64,000 nt of DNA from Candidatus Latescibacterota bacterium (GTDB taxonomy: Bacteria; Latescibacterota; UBA2968). Made by a program: the position numbers and the translations under genes. This document shows, one piece after another, positions 1 to 9,863 of the stretch (position 1 is the first letter of the stretch; the number at the start of each line of letters is the position of its first letter). Below the pieces are notes generated by a model. That model did not search any database, was not told the DNA's origin, and saw only the letters and a list, made by a program, of their open reading frames with translations. The stretch is from NCBI GenBank assembly GCA_965207885.1, contig OZ242311.1, forward strand, positions 4,384,001-4,448,000. The letters are read 5' to 3'.

Positions 1-1
1 T

Positions 2-1318
2 CCAAATGATTTTTCAAAATCAGAACTCTGGATACGGCGCAATCGGGCGGCGACCGATCAGTTCGAGCCGGGTTCGACCTTTAAGGTTGTGGCATTTGCC
101 GCCGCGCTCGAAGCCGGTTTGGTCGAGCCAGAAGATAAAATCTTCTGTGAAAATGGCAGAATGCGTATTGCTGGCGGCAAAATACTTCGAGACTCACATC
201 CCGAAGGCTGGCTGACCGTGCGAGAGGTGATGGAAGAATCGAGCAATATTGGCACGGCTAAAATTGCACGTAAAGTGAAAAAAGGTCCCTTGTATCGCCA
301 GATGCGCTTGTTTGGCTTTGGTGCCAAAACAGGGGCGGATTTGCCGGGCGAAGTCGGCGGTCAACTTCGCCATCCAGATAAATGGTCGGCACGATCATTG
401 GAAACCCTTTCCATTGGGCAAGAGATCGCCGTGACAGCCCTTCAGGTCGCCGCTGCTTATAGCGCGATTGCCAATGGGGGACGCTTAATGAAGCCGCGTA
501 TTTTTTTAAGAGCTTCTCGCAAAGATTCCACAACGGATGAAGGATCGCCCAGACCCATTCGACGGGTAATATCGCTCGAAACAGCGCGCACTCTTACCAG
601 TTTCCTCGAAGGCGTTGTCAGTCACGGCACCGGTAAAAATGCGCGCATATCCGGATATCGGGTCGCGGGAAAAACAGGGACAGCGCAACAAGTGAAAGAG
701 GGACAACCCGGATACGATCCCAATCGCTATGTTCCGTCTTTTGTGGGTTTTTTGCCCGTTGAACGCCCCGAACTACTGTGCCTGGTAGCCATAGATAGTC
801 CCAAAAGGATCCATTGGGCAAGTCTGGTTGCTGCACCCGTTTTTAGTAGCATTATAAAGCGAATTTTAAGCCTGCGGCAAACCCCTCTGCGCCATAGCGC
901 GCCCCTGATTGAAGAACAGCCACCTCCGCCTCCTCGCGCCGACATTCATCTGGTGGGCCTTTCGCGAAAAGCTGCAACAGATGCTCTGAAACGTCTGGGA
1001 ATGACCTATCAAATTGCGAGCGAAGGAGACCGCGTTGTTGGACAGCATATCGACATTGAGGAAAATAATGTCTCGTTGTTTTTGGCTTCCGCGCCAATCA
1101 CCATCCCCGATCACCGCACAGAGACCAAAGGTTCTGAATCGCTTTACATGCCCGATGTGCGCGGAGCACCCGTGCGGCAGGCGGTTGCCCAATTGACACA
1201 GTTGGGGTTCCAGATCAAAATTTCGGGTAGTGGACGAGTAATCGCACAATCGCCCGAACCGGGTGTAGCCGTAAAACCGGGAACATTATGCACGGTCGAA
1301 TGCAAACGAGAAAGTTGA
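2..1318 (+). CDS. ftsI: Penicillin-binding protein FtsI/PBP3 (5'-partial) with C-terminal PASTA domain(s)
   Basis: Frame open from window start: FEPGSTFK (SxxK), SSN (SxN), KTG motifs; C-terminal MPDVRG...VIAQSP PASTA signature; directly upstream of murE. Confidence 0.93.
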   Translation, partial: PNDFSKSELWIRRNRAATDQFEPGSTFKVVAFAAALEAGLVEPEDKIFCENGRMRIAGGKILRDSHPEGWLTVREVMEESSNIGTAKIARKVKKGPLYRQMRLFGFGAKTGADLPGEVGGQLRHPDKWSARSLETLSIGQEIAVTALQVAAAYSAIANGGRLMKPRIFLRASRKDSTTDEGSPRPIRRVISLETARTLTSFLEGVVSHGTGKNARISGYRVAGKTGTAQQVKEGQPGYDPNRYVPSFVGFLPVERPELLCLVAIDSPKRIHWASLVAAPVFSSIIKRILSLRQTPLRHSAPLIEEQPPPPPRADIHLVGLSRKAATDALKRLGMTYQIASEGDRVVGQHIDIEENNVSLFLASAPITIPDHRTETKGSESLYMPDVRGAPVRQAVAQLTQLGFQIKISGSGRVIAQSPEPGVAVKPGTLCTVECKRES

Positions 1319-1321
1319 GAT

Positions 1322-2776
1322 ATGCGTCTGCGAGAACTGCTATCCGACGTGCCAAATGTCGTGAGGATGCGTGGAAATAATCCCGATATCGGGGGTATTG
1401 CAACCCATTCGGGGCGCGTCAAAGAAGGCGATGTATTTGTCGCACTCAGTGGCGATGGCAGCATTCCAGATCGACATCCATTTATTTTTCAGGCGGTTCA
1501 GGCAGGTGCTCGAGCCGTTGTTGCCGAACGCGATGTCGATGTAGGGGATAAGGCTTTTGTTCAAACGACCAACACGCACCGTGCACTTGCACATATTGCC
1601 CGTCGTTTTTACAACAGACCGTGTGAACAGTTGAAAATGATCGGTGTTACGGGCACCAATGGCAAAACATCGACCGTTTATCTCATCCGCGCGGTGCTCG
1701 AAATGGCTGGTCTCGCACCGGGTTTGATTGGAACCATTGAACACGACCTCGGCACAACACGCGAAATATCGCACAATTCTACACCACAGGCACACGACTT
1801 ACACCGCATGTTTCGCGTAATGGTCGATGCAGGATGCCGGTCAGCCGCGATGGAAGTGACCTCACACGGACTGGCGCAAAACCGCGTGTTGGGCATTGAT
1901 TATGAAGTCGCGGTATTTACTAACCTGACGCGCGATCATCTGGATTATCACAATACGCCTGACGCCTATTTGGCCGCCAAGGCACGGCTCTTTGACAATC
2001 TCAAACCAGATGCTTATGCAGTCGTCAATACAGACGATGCGGCATCAAAAATATTGATAAAAAAATGTTCGGCACACTTGTTGAACTATGGCCGCGCAGA
2101 AGATGCGACAGTGCGCATCTTAGAGGGTAGCACTTCGCAGGACGGTACGCGGCTTTGCTTGCAAACGCCGCACGGTCAGATGGACCTGAAACTCGCACTT
2201 CAGGGCGATTTTCAGTTGTATAATGTCACTGCGGCTGTCACTACTGGCCTCGCATTGAAGATCGAACCTGATATCATCGCAGATGCTTTGCGCGACATTC
2301 GGATTCCAGGTCGTTTTGAAGGCATTGATTGCGGGCAAAATTTTGGGGTATTTGTCGATTATGCACACGCGCCAGATGGACTAAAAAATGTGCTACAAAC
2401 CGCGCGCGCATTTGCCCGAGGGCAACTGATTTGCGTATTTGGATGCGGCGGGGACCGCGATAAGGGCAAGCGACCTGTGATGGGCGGCCTATCTGCACGG
2501 TTGGCCGATCTATCTGTAGTGACATCAGACAATCCTCGCACCGAAGACCCCGATGCCATCATTGCCGATATTTTGCCCGGTCTGGGGGATGCCCCACACA
2601 TCGTTGAATCCAATCGCCGACGGGCAATAGAAAAGGCCATTGCAAAAGCGCGAGCGGGCGACCTCGTGCTCATTGCGGGCAAAGGACATGAAAATTATCA
2701 GGAAATCAATGGGATTAAAACCCCTTTTGACGATCGGGAAGTTGCACGGGAAATACTCAAGTGCAAAGTGGGGTGA
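1322..2776 (+). CDS. murE: UDP-N-acetylmuramoyl-L-alanyl-D-glutamate--2,6-diaminopimelate ligase
   Basis: GVTGTNGKTS P-loop, TNLTRDHLDYH, VDYAH, FGCGGDRD, SDNPR (meso-DAP-type motif), AGKGHE. Confidence 0.97.
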   Translation: MRLRELLSDVPNVVRMRGNNPDIGGIATHSGRVKEGDVFVALSGDGSIPDRHPFIFQAVQAGARAVVAERDVDVGDKAFVQTTNTHRALAHIARRFYNRPCEQLKMIGVTGTNGKTSTVYLIRAVLEMAGLAPGLIGTIEHDLGTTREISHNSTPQAHDLHRMFRVMVDAGCRSAAMEVTSHGLAQNRVLGIDYEVAVFTNLTRDHLDYHNTPDAYLAAKARLFDNLKPDAYAVVNTDDAASKILIKKCSAHLLNYGRAEDATVRILEGSTSQDGTRLCLQTPHGQMDLKLALQGDFQLYNVTAAVTTGLALKIEPDIIADALRDIRIPGRFEGIDCGQNFGVFVDYAHAPDGLKNVLQTARAFARGQLICVFGCGGDRDKGKRPVMGGLSARLADLSVVTSDNPRTEDPDAIIADILPGLGDAPHIVESNRRRAIEKAIAKARAGDLVLIAGKGHENYQEINGIKTPFDDREVAREILKCKVG

Positions 2777-4152
2777 TGGGTTATATGGAAGGACTAACGC
2801 TATCAGATGTAATTGAATCAACCCGAGGCCACTGGACCGGAAGGAATGAGCCCTCCGCTATTGTACCAACAGGGGTCAGTATTGATACGCGGACACTCAA
2901 ACCAGGCGAAATTTTCTTTGCATTGCCCGGCGAAAAGGTCGATGGTCACCAATTTTTGGACGCTGCATTTGATAGGGGAGCCTGTGCTGCAGTGGTTATC
3001 AGATCTGGTGCTCGAGAATCGCGGCAAGCACTGATCGCCGTCGATGCACCAGATTTAGCCCTGGGTGATCTGGCGCGGTTTTATCGCAGGCGTTTCGACA
3101 TTCCCGTTATTGGCATTACGGGTAGCAGTGGCAAAACCACCACTAAAGATATGGTCGCTGCTGTTTTGAGCACTCGGTATCGGGTTTTGGCTACACAGGG
3201 AAATCTCAATAACAGACTGGGAGTGCCGCTCACCTTATTCAAATTGTCAGCCCATTGCGATGTCGCAGTTATTGAAATGGGCATTAGCGAACGCGGCGGG
3301 ATGCGCTATCTGTGCGAAATTGCGCAACCAACCATCGGCATGATAACCAATATCGGACCAGCACATATCGAGTTTTTCGGCTCTGTAGAGGGTGTGGCAA
3401 AAGCCAAAGGGGAACTTCTGGAATATCTAGACGAGTCTTCTATGACTATCTTGAATCTCGATGACCTGTTTTTGTCCAAGGAGCGAGCAAAAGTTAAGGG
3501 GAGACTCCTGGGCATTGGCATCGAGCAGATATGTCAGTTTCGTGGGGAGGGACTCAAACTGGATCAGAAGGGCTTTGGTCATTTCTCTCTACAGGGCCAT
3601 TCTTTTCACCTATCAATTCCGGGCAAGCACAATGTGTATAACGCGCTGATGGCCGCAACGGCAGGTTGGGCTCTCGATGTGCCCCTACAAGATGCGGCAA
3701 GAGCACTTGAAAATTTTACGCTGACCAAATTGAGAAGTCAGGTACTGGAACACAATGGGATCCGCATGATCAACGACACGTACAACGCCAACCCCGCGTC
3801 GATGCGGGCAGCCCTTGAGACCCTATCGCAAATTGAGGTGGATGGTCGTCGGATTGCAGTAGTAGGCGATATGCGGGAATTAGGAGCAATGACCTACGAC
3901 GCACATCGGGAATTGGGGCGCGAAGTGGGCAATCGGCAAATTGACGCACTTTTCGCGCTGGGCGACCTGGCGCCAGTCGTCGTTGAAGGGGGACGCGAAG
4001 CAGGCATAGATCAGGCGTGGGCTTATGCAGATCGGGATGCGTTAACCGGGGCATTGCAGACTTATTTGAAACCCGGAGATTTGATGCTCATCAAGGGATC
4101 GCGCAGCATTGCAATGGAAAGAATAGTTACAGCATTGGGGTTTGAAATGTAG
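2776..4152 (+). CDS. murF: UDP-N-acetylmuramoyl-tripeptide--D-alanyl-D-alanine ligase
   Basis: ITGSSGKTTTKD, GNLNN, NDTYNANP, GDMRELG, KGSR motifs; TGATG overlap with murE stop (alternative ATG 2785). Confidence 0.96.
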   Translation: MGYMEGLTLSDVIESTRGHWTGRNEPSAIVPTGVSIDTRTLKPGEIFFALPGEKVDGHQFLDAAFDRGACAAVVIRSGARESRQALIAVDAPDLALGDLARFYRRRFDIPVIGITGSSGKTTTKDMVAAVLSTRYRVLATQGNLNNRLGVPLTLFKLSAHCDVAVIEMGISERGGMRYLCEIAQPTIGMITNIGPAHIEFFGSVEGVAKAKGELLEYLDESSMTILNLDDLFLSKERAKVKGRLLGIGIEQICQFRGEGLKLDQKGFGHFSLQGHSFHLSIPGKHNVYNALMAATAGWALDVPLQDAARALENFTLTKLRSQVLEHNGIRMINDTYNANPASMRAALETLSQIEVDGRRIAVVGDMRELGAMTYDAHRELGREVGNRQIDALFALGDLAPVVVEGGREAGIDQAWAYADRDALTGALQTYLKPGDLMLIKGSRSIAMERIVTALGFEM

Positions 4153-4165
4153 GACGAGGGGACCC

Positions 4166-4186
4166 CCCTCACCTCTTACTTCTCAA
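4166..4186. repeat. Degenerate heptamer tandem repeat (CCCTCAC CTCTTAC TTCTCAA)
   Basis: 7-bp periodicity in the murF-ftsW spacer; resembles reverse complement of the repeat at 11101-11130. Confidence 0.4.
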
Positions 4187-4195
4187 CCTTATTTT

Positions 4196-5401
4196 ATGAC
4201 ACTGACAAACGAACAAAGATATGATCGAACCTGGATTCTGTTGCTGCTCATTGTGGTTATGCTGGTGGGCTTTGGTACAGTGATAGTGTATAGTGCCAGT
4301 TCTGGATTGGCACAACTGCGATTTGACAACAGCAATTTTTTTCTCAACCGCTGGGTCATTCGCATGGCCATCAGTTTGGTTGTGATGGTTCTGCTGATTC
4401 ACATAGACTATCGCGTCTGGCGCAAACAGGCGCGTTTGATGCTGGCGATAGCTTTTGCTTTTTTGCTCGTGGTGCTCATCCTTAAGCTATTTGGCATTGG
4501 CGGGGTGCGAGGTGCATATCGCTGGATACCATTGCCAGGTGGGCAATTTCAACCTGCCGACATGATGCGCATAGTTCTGGTGCTTTACCTGGCCGATTCC
4601 CTGACGCGCCGCCAGGATGTAATTGAAAATTTCAAATCGGGCTTTTTACCCCATGGCGTGGTAATCGGCACGGCAATGGTGATGATTTTGATACAACCCG
4701 ATTTGGGTACAGCGATGGCAATTGGGTTGGCCTGTGCCTTGATGCTCTATCTGGGCGGGGTGCGACTGCGACACCTCATGGCGACTTTCGCAGGTCTTTT
4801 ACCCGTTCTGTATGTGATTGTTTTTGTTTTTGGGTATCGCCGCGAGCGCGTAATGACGTTTATATTTCCCAGCGACGATGTGCAAAATACGGGCTATCAG
4901 ATCGCGCAATCCCTTCTCGCCCTGGGCAGTGGTGGATTTTGGGGCACGGGCCTGGGACAGGGCCAGCAAAAATATTTCTTTTTGCCTGAGCCTCATACCG
5001 ATTTTGTATTTAGCATTGTGGGTGAAGAGCTCGGTTTGTGGGGCACCCTGCTCGTTTTAATTTTATTTTTAATTTTTGGGAGGTGCGGATTTCGCATTGC
5101 CCGCATAGCCCCCGATACCTTTGGTTTTCTATTCGCTTCTGGCATTACTATTTCGATCCTGATTTATGCTCTGATCAATATGGGTGTAGCTACCGGATTG
5201 CTGCCTGTCACGGGACTTCCCCTTCCCTTTATCAGCTACGGTGGTTCATCCTTGATGTTTACACTCTCCGCGACAGGTGTGCTCATTGGCATTGGACGGG
5301 CGAGTACTCGACACAGAACCCGTCACTCACCTGCTACATCGCAAACCGTTCCCCGGCACGCGATGTATAAACGGCATCACCTCATCATTCCCCGACGTTG
5401 A
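4196..5401 (+). CDS. ftsW: SEDS family peptidoglycan polymerase FtsW
   Basis: Multi-TM protein with RW, FQP, QPDLGT, GYQ, LPEPHTDF, GEELG, PFISYGGSS motifs. Confidence 0.96.
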   Translation: MTLTNEQRYDRTWILLLLIVVMLVGFGTVIVYSASSGLAQLRFDNSNFFLNRWVIRMAISLVVMVLLIHIDYRVWRKQARLMLAIAFAFLLVVLILKLFGIGGVRGAYRWIPLPGGQFQPADMMRIVLVLYLADSLTRRQDVIENFKSGFLPHGVVIGTAMVMILIQPDLGTAMAIGLACALMLYLGGVRLRHLMATFAGLLPVLYVIVFVFGYRRERVMTFIFPSDDVQNTGYQIAQSLLALGSGGFWGTGLGQGQQKYFFLPEPHTDFVFSIVGEELGLWGTLLVLILFLIFGRCGFRIARIAPDTFGFLFASGITISILIYALINMGVATGLLPVTGLPLPFISYGGSSLMFTLSATGVLIGIGRASTRHRTRHSPATSQTVPRHAMYKRHHLIIPRR

Positions 5402-6774
5402 ACGATTTCAAAATGGTCTCATTCGACGCTGGAACCCGAGTGCATTTTATCGGCATTGGCGGCATAAGCATGAGCGCGCTGGCTGAATTGCTCGCAGCAC
5501 GCGGATGCCTCATTTCGGGTTCTGACCGACAGGATTCACCGCTTATCCGGCGTTTGGTCCAACTCGGCATCCCCGTGCGAATTGGACATGCGCGCGGTGC
5601 CATTGCTGGAGCCGACTGCGTCGTTTACACATCGGCGACGGATTCTGAGAATCCCGAAAGAAAAGCCGCGCGTGAAAAAGGCATTCCCCTATTGCGCCGC
5701 GCTGAATTGCTCGGTCAACTTGTGAATCCACATCCCTCGATATGCGTGGCGGGGACACACGGCAAGACCACCACAACGGCAATGATCACGACCATGCTCA
5801 TCGCCGCTGGCCATGACCCTACTGCTCTTATAGGGGGTGTGATTTCTGGCTGGAAAACCGCGTTGCACATTGGCAATGGCGCGCACTGGGTAGTAGAAGC
5901 CGATGAATACGATCGCTCTTTTTTGACATTAAAACCCAAAATTGCCGTGGTGACTGCGCTGGAAGCCGATCACCTCGACTGCTACGAAGATATGAACGAC
6001 ATTCGCGTGACTTTTGAACAATTTGTCAATGCCCTGCCCAACGATGGCTGCGCAGTGTTGTGTGCCGACTCTCCCGATATACGCATGCTCAATCTCGATA
6101 GGCGATACAAAAAAATGACCTTCGGTTTGACAGACGGCGACCTTCGCGCAACAAGCATTGAACAAGACGGTTTTGGGATGGCTTTTGACGTGTTTAAAAA
6201 GAATACGCGGTTGGGGCGTGCGCGCCTTCAAGTGCCGGGCAGACACAATGTGACTAATGCTCTATCAGCACTTGGAGTTGGCGTGTATGTCGGCCTCAAT
6301 TGGGAAGAAATCTGTAGTGGTATCGAAGCATTTCGAGGTGTACATCGCCGGTTTGAAATGCTCGGCGAAGCGCGGGGTATCGCGGTGGTTGATGATTACG
6401 CCCATCACCCCACAGAAATTGCTGCCACACTTCAGGCTGTGCGGGCGGGATGGCGTGGCCGCCTTGTAGTCGCTTTTCAACCGCATTTGTACACCCGGAC
6501 ACGCGATTTTGCACGCGATTTTGCCCGAGTGTTACAACGGGCCGATCGCGTGTGGATCACCGATATTTATCCCGCACGAGAAGAACCCATTGCGGGCGTT
6601 GACGGGAAGTGGCTTGCCGATCAGATTTCCGGCGCAAATTACGCACCTGCGCTAAATGATTTAAAAGTGGCATTATTAAACGACTTGCGTGCTGGAGATC
6701 TTCTACTGGTTATGGGTGCTGGAGATATTGAAACAGTTGCCCGCGATATTTACCAAATGCTTAGAGAAATATAA
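5398..6774 (+). CDS. murC: UDP-N-acetylmuramate--L-alanine ligase
   Basis: HFIGIGGISMS, AGTHGKTTTT, EADEYD, DDYAHHPTEI, FQPH motifs; start TTG 5398 or ATG 5413. Confidence 0.97.
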   Translation: MNDFKMVSFDAGTRVHFIGIGGISMSALAELLAARGCLISGSDRQDSPLIRRLVQLGIPVRIGHARGAIAGADCVVYTSATDSENPERKAAREKGIPLLRRAELLGQLVNPHPSICVAGTHGKTTTTAMITTMLIAAGHDPTALIGGVISGWKTALHIGNGAHWVVEADEYDRSFLTLKPKIAVVTALEADHLDCYEDMNDIRVTFEQFVNALPNDGCAVLCADSPDIRMLNLDRRYKKMTFGLTDGDLRATSIEQDGFGMAFDVFKKNTRLGRARLQVPGRHNVTNALSALGVGVYVGLNWEEICSGIEAFRGVHRRFEMLGEARGIAVVDDYAHHPTEIAATLQAVRAGWRGRLVVAFQPHLYTRTRDFARDFARVLQRADRVWITDIYPAREEPIAGVDGKWLADQISGANYAPALNDLKVALLNDLRAGDLLLVMGAGDIETVARDIYQMLREI

Positions 6775-6778
6775 GGCA

Positions 6779-7696
6779 ATGTACGATGCAAGACGCAATT
6801 TGCTCGCGAGAGAGATTCAACGCCAATGCCGGGGAAAGCTCAAGCGTGATGAATCTCTCGCCAAACACACGACATTTGGGTTGGGTGGTACAGCAGACCT
6901 CTTTTTTTCCCCGGCCGATCTCAGCGATTTGGCCATTGCTGTACCCCTGATCAAAGATGCCGGCCTTCCGATTTTTCCGCTGGGTGGGGGAACGAATACT
7001 CTCGTGCGCGACAGCGGATTCCACGGACTGGTCATTTCACTGACAACGGGCGCACGACGTATTGAGATTGGGGATGATGAAGGCGTCATACAGGCCGGTG
7101 CAAGCACGCAGGTGGTATCTCGACAATGCCAGCGGGCAGGCAAAACAGGATTGGAATTTGGGTGTGGAATCCCCGGCACCATCGGCGGTGCAATATGGGG
7201 CAATGCCGGCGCCTGGGGCGGTGAAACGATGGATCGGGTGAACTGGTTGCGCGGTGTCGATCTCAGAACGAGTCGGGAAATTTACCTCAAGCAATCCGAC
7301 ATTTCTTTTGGATATCGACACACAAACTTGCCTACTGATCTGCTCATTGTCGAAGCCGGGTTCCGACTTGCAGAAGGCGATCCCAAAACCATTGCCGCCG
7401 AGATGAATCGCATGCTGGCAGAGCGCAAGAGCACGCAACCGCTGTCAAACCGCAGTTCAGGGTGCATTTTTAAGAATCCACCAAGTCATTCTGCGGGAGC
7501 GCTCATCGATAGTGCCGGATGTAAAGGGATGTCGATAGGTGCAGTGAAAGTTTCGGATGTACACGCCAATTTTATGGTCAACCTCGGTGGGCATTCCACC
7601 GAAGATGTACTCGCGCTGATTGCGCGGGTTCAAAAGCGCGTTTTTCAGGTTCACAAAATTGAATTGGAGACAGAAGTAAGGATATTGGGTGAATAA
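6779..7696 (+). CDS. murB: UDP-N-acetylenolpyruvoylglucosamine reductase
   Basis: LGGGTN, GIPGTIGGA, NAGAWG, FGYR, GCIFKNP, HANF, LETEV motifs. Confidence 0.96.
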   Translation: MYDARRNLLAREIQRQCRGKLKRDESLAKHTTFGLGGTADLFFSPADLSDLAIAVPLIKDAGLPIFPLGGGTNTLVRDSGFHGLVISLTTGARRIEIGDDEGVIQAGASTQVVSRQCQRAGKTGLEFGCGIPGTIGGAIWGNAGAWGGETMDRVNWLRGVDLRTSREIYLKQSDISFGYRHTNLPTDLLIVEAGFRLAEGDPKTIAAEMNRMLAERKSTQPLSNRSSGCIFKNPPSHSAGALIDSAGCKGMSIGAVKVSDVHANFMVNLGGHSTEDVLALIARVQKRVFQVHKIELETEVRILGE

Positions 7697-7719
7697 TGAT
7701 CTTTTCTCAGGAGGGTTTT

Positions 7720-8535
7720 ATGTCTGAGTATAAACCAATCTATATCTCTCACAGGTCTAAAAATATACAGGACGCGGTGAACACGACCCTGAACACAACG
7801 CCTGCGCCGCAGAAACGTCCGCGAAAATTCGCGCGCTGGGTAATTGTTATGACACTGATGAGCCTGCTGGGTGTGGGCATCCAAAATGCCTATTCATCGC
7901 TAACAGATTCAGATTTCTTTCTCATGACACATATTCGGGTCCTCGGTAACTCCCTGATGTCTGAAACTGAAATCTTAGCTCTTTCGCAATTGCAGGTGGG
8001 CACAAATCTCTTTGCCTGTGATATAACATCTGTAACAGAACGTGTGGCACAACACCCGATGGTCAAAAAAGTGTTGCTACACAGAGAACCACCGGAAACG
8101 CTGGTCATTAGCATTGAGGAACGCCAGCCTGTTGGACTGTTGAACACGCCCAATGGTTTGATGGGGCTGGATGAGTCTGGCAAAATTTTCCCCCTGTCCC
8201 CTGCGGCGCAGGTGGATTTGCCCATTCTGACGGGTATTGATTTGCAACGAGATAAGGATGGCTCCTGGGCAAGTGCTCTGGCGAAATTTGTGACGGCATT
8301 GCAAATCCGCACACCGGCGTTTTGGCGTGAAATTTCAGAAATTTGCACGGACAATCCCCATTCTGCTACGGTTTATCTGGTGGCTGATGATCTGGCCCTC
8401 AGAATGCGTTTAGAAAACCCCGAAAAGCAGATTCGGAATTTCCGGGCCTACACCCAGGCCTCATCTGGACTTGGTACAGACCTCGCGTATATTGACCTGC
8501 GCTATCGGGATCAAGTAATCGTGGGAAGGCGGTAG
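7720..8535 (+). CDS. ftsQ: Cell division protein FtsQ/DivIB
   Basis: Single TM, POTRA-like region (P..L.I.IEER), C-terminal YIDLRY; position between murB and ftsA; SD AGGAGG before ATG 7720. Confidence 0.9.
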   Translation: MSEYKPIYISHRSKNIQDAVNTTLNTTPAPQKRPRKFARWVIVMTLMSLLGVGIQNAYSSLTDSDFFLMTHIRVLGNSLMSETEILALSQLQVGTNLFACDITSVTERVAQHPMVKKVLLHREPPETLVISIEERQPVGLLNTPNGLMGLDESGKIFPLSPAAQVDLPILTGIDLQRDKDGSWASALAKFVTALQIRTPAFWREISEICTDNPHSATVYLVADDLALRMRLENPEKQIRNFRAYTQASSGLGTDLAYIDLRYRDQVIVGRR

Positions 8536-8545
8536 TAGTTCATTA

Positions 8546-9784
8546 GTGAAAGGGACCCACACGATGGATCGGATTGTTGGACTCGATATTGGCTCCACCA
8601 AGATCTGTGCTGTTGTAGCTGAAGTAGATGACGATGGTACGCTCAAAATCACGGGATTGGGCAGCAGTCCCTCCCAGGGCCTCAAGCGCGGTGTGGTGAT
8701 CAATGTGGAAAAGACCGTGCAATCTATCCGCACAGCTATAGAAGAAGCGCAGGAAATGTCGGGCACGCGCATCGGTGCTGTTTATGCGGGCATTGCGGGA
8801 GATCATATTCGCAGCGTGAATACGCGAGCGGTTGTGGCCGTTTCGGGACCGGACAACGAGATTACGGCCAATGATGAAGAACGTGCGATTGAAGCAGCCA
8901 AAGCGGTATCTATTCCCATGGATCGAGAAATTGTTCATGTGCTGCCGCAGGCTTTTGTAGTTGACGATCAGCCCGGTATTAAAGACCCCATAGGCATGTC
9001 GGGTGTGAGACTCGAAGTCGATGTGCATATTGTAACCGGCGCAGTAACTTCAGCGCAGAATATCTGCAAAAGTATCCGTCGTGCAGGTGTAGAGGTGGTG
9101 GATCTGGTGCTTGAACCCATTGCTTCGAGTTATGCTGTATTGACACCTGACGAAGAGGAAATGGGCGTGGCACTGGTCGATGTAGGAGGTGGCACGACCG
9201 ATCTCGCGGTGTTTTACGATGGTGCTATTCGCCATACAGCCGTTGTGGGATTGGGGGGAGCAAATGTGACAAACGATATGGCTATTGGTTTGCGCACGCC
9301 CTGGAAACAAGCCGAAGACATGAAACGAGAAAGCGGCTGTGCATTGCAATCACTGGTCAAGCCCAACGATATGATCGAAGTGCCGGGTGTTGCCGGAAGA
9401 CCTTCTCGCAAGGTGTCCCGGACAAAAATGGCCGCGATTATTGAGGCGCGCATGGAAGAAATTTTTGGACATATAAATCAGGAGATTCGCCGCACCGACT
9501 ATGCCGACTTACTGGGGGCGGGCATCGTACTCACAGGTGGGGGTTCAATGCTCCAGGGTTGTGCTGAACTGGCCAAAGAAATTTTTGACTCACCCGTGAC
9601 TATTGGCAAACCTCGAGGGATAACGGGACGAGCCAATGCCGTGAGCGAACCGCTCTATGCCACCGCTGTTGGGCTGGTACAATTTGGGCTATTTCACCAA
9701 AATGGCAATTTTATATCCGATGACGGCGTTTTTCACAATTCAATTTTTGGTCGTATGAAAAACTGGATTCGGGATTTTTTTTAA
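8546..9784 (+). CDS. ftsA: Cell division protein FtsA
   Basis: GLDIGSTKI, VDVGGGTTD, VLTGGG, YATAVG motifs; C-terminal amphipathic helix; alternative ATG 8564. Confidence 0.97.
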   Translation: MKGTHTMDRIVGLDIGSTKICAVVAEVDDDGTLKITGLGSSPSQGLKRGVVINVEKTVQSIRTAIEEAQEMSGTRIGAVYAGIAGDHIRSVNTRAVVAVSGPDNEITANDEERAIEAAKAVSIPMDREIVHVLPQAFVVDDQPGIKDPIGMSGVRLEVDVHIVTGAVTSAQNICKSIRRAGVEVVDLVLEPIASSYAVLTPDEEEMGVALVDVGGGTTDLAVFYDGAIRHTAVVGLGGANVTNDMAIGLRTPWKQAEDMKRESGCALQSLVKPNDMIEVPGVAGRPSRKVSRTKMAAIIEARMEEIFGHINQEIRRTDYADLLGAGIVLTGGGSMLQGCAELAKEIFDSPVTIGKPRGITGRANAVSEPLYATAVGLVQFGLFHQNGNFISDDGVFHNSIFGRMKNWIRDFF

Positions 9785-9863
9785 GGATCTTCAATCTCCA
9801 CTAAATTTGTGTCTAATCGTTAATAGTCAATCAATTTCTAATGTATTTAAACAGGGGGTTCTC

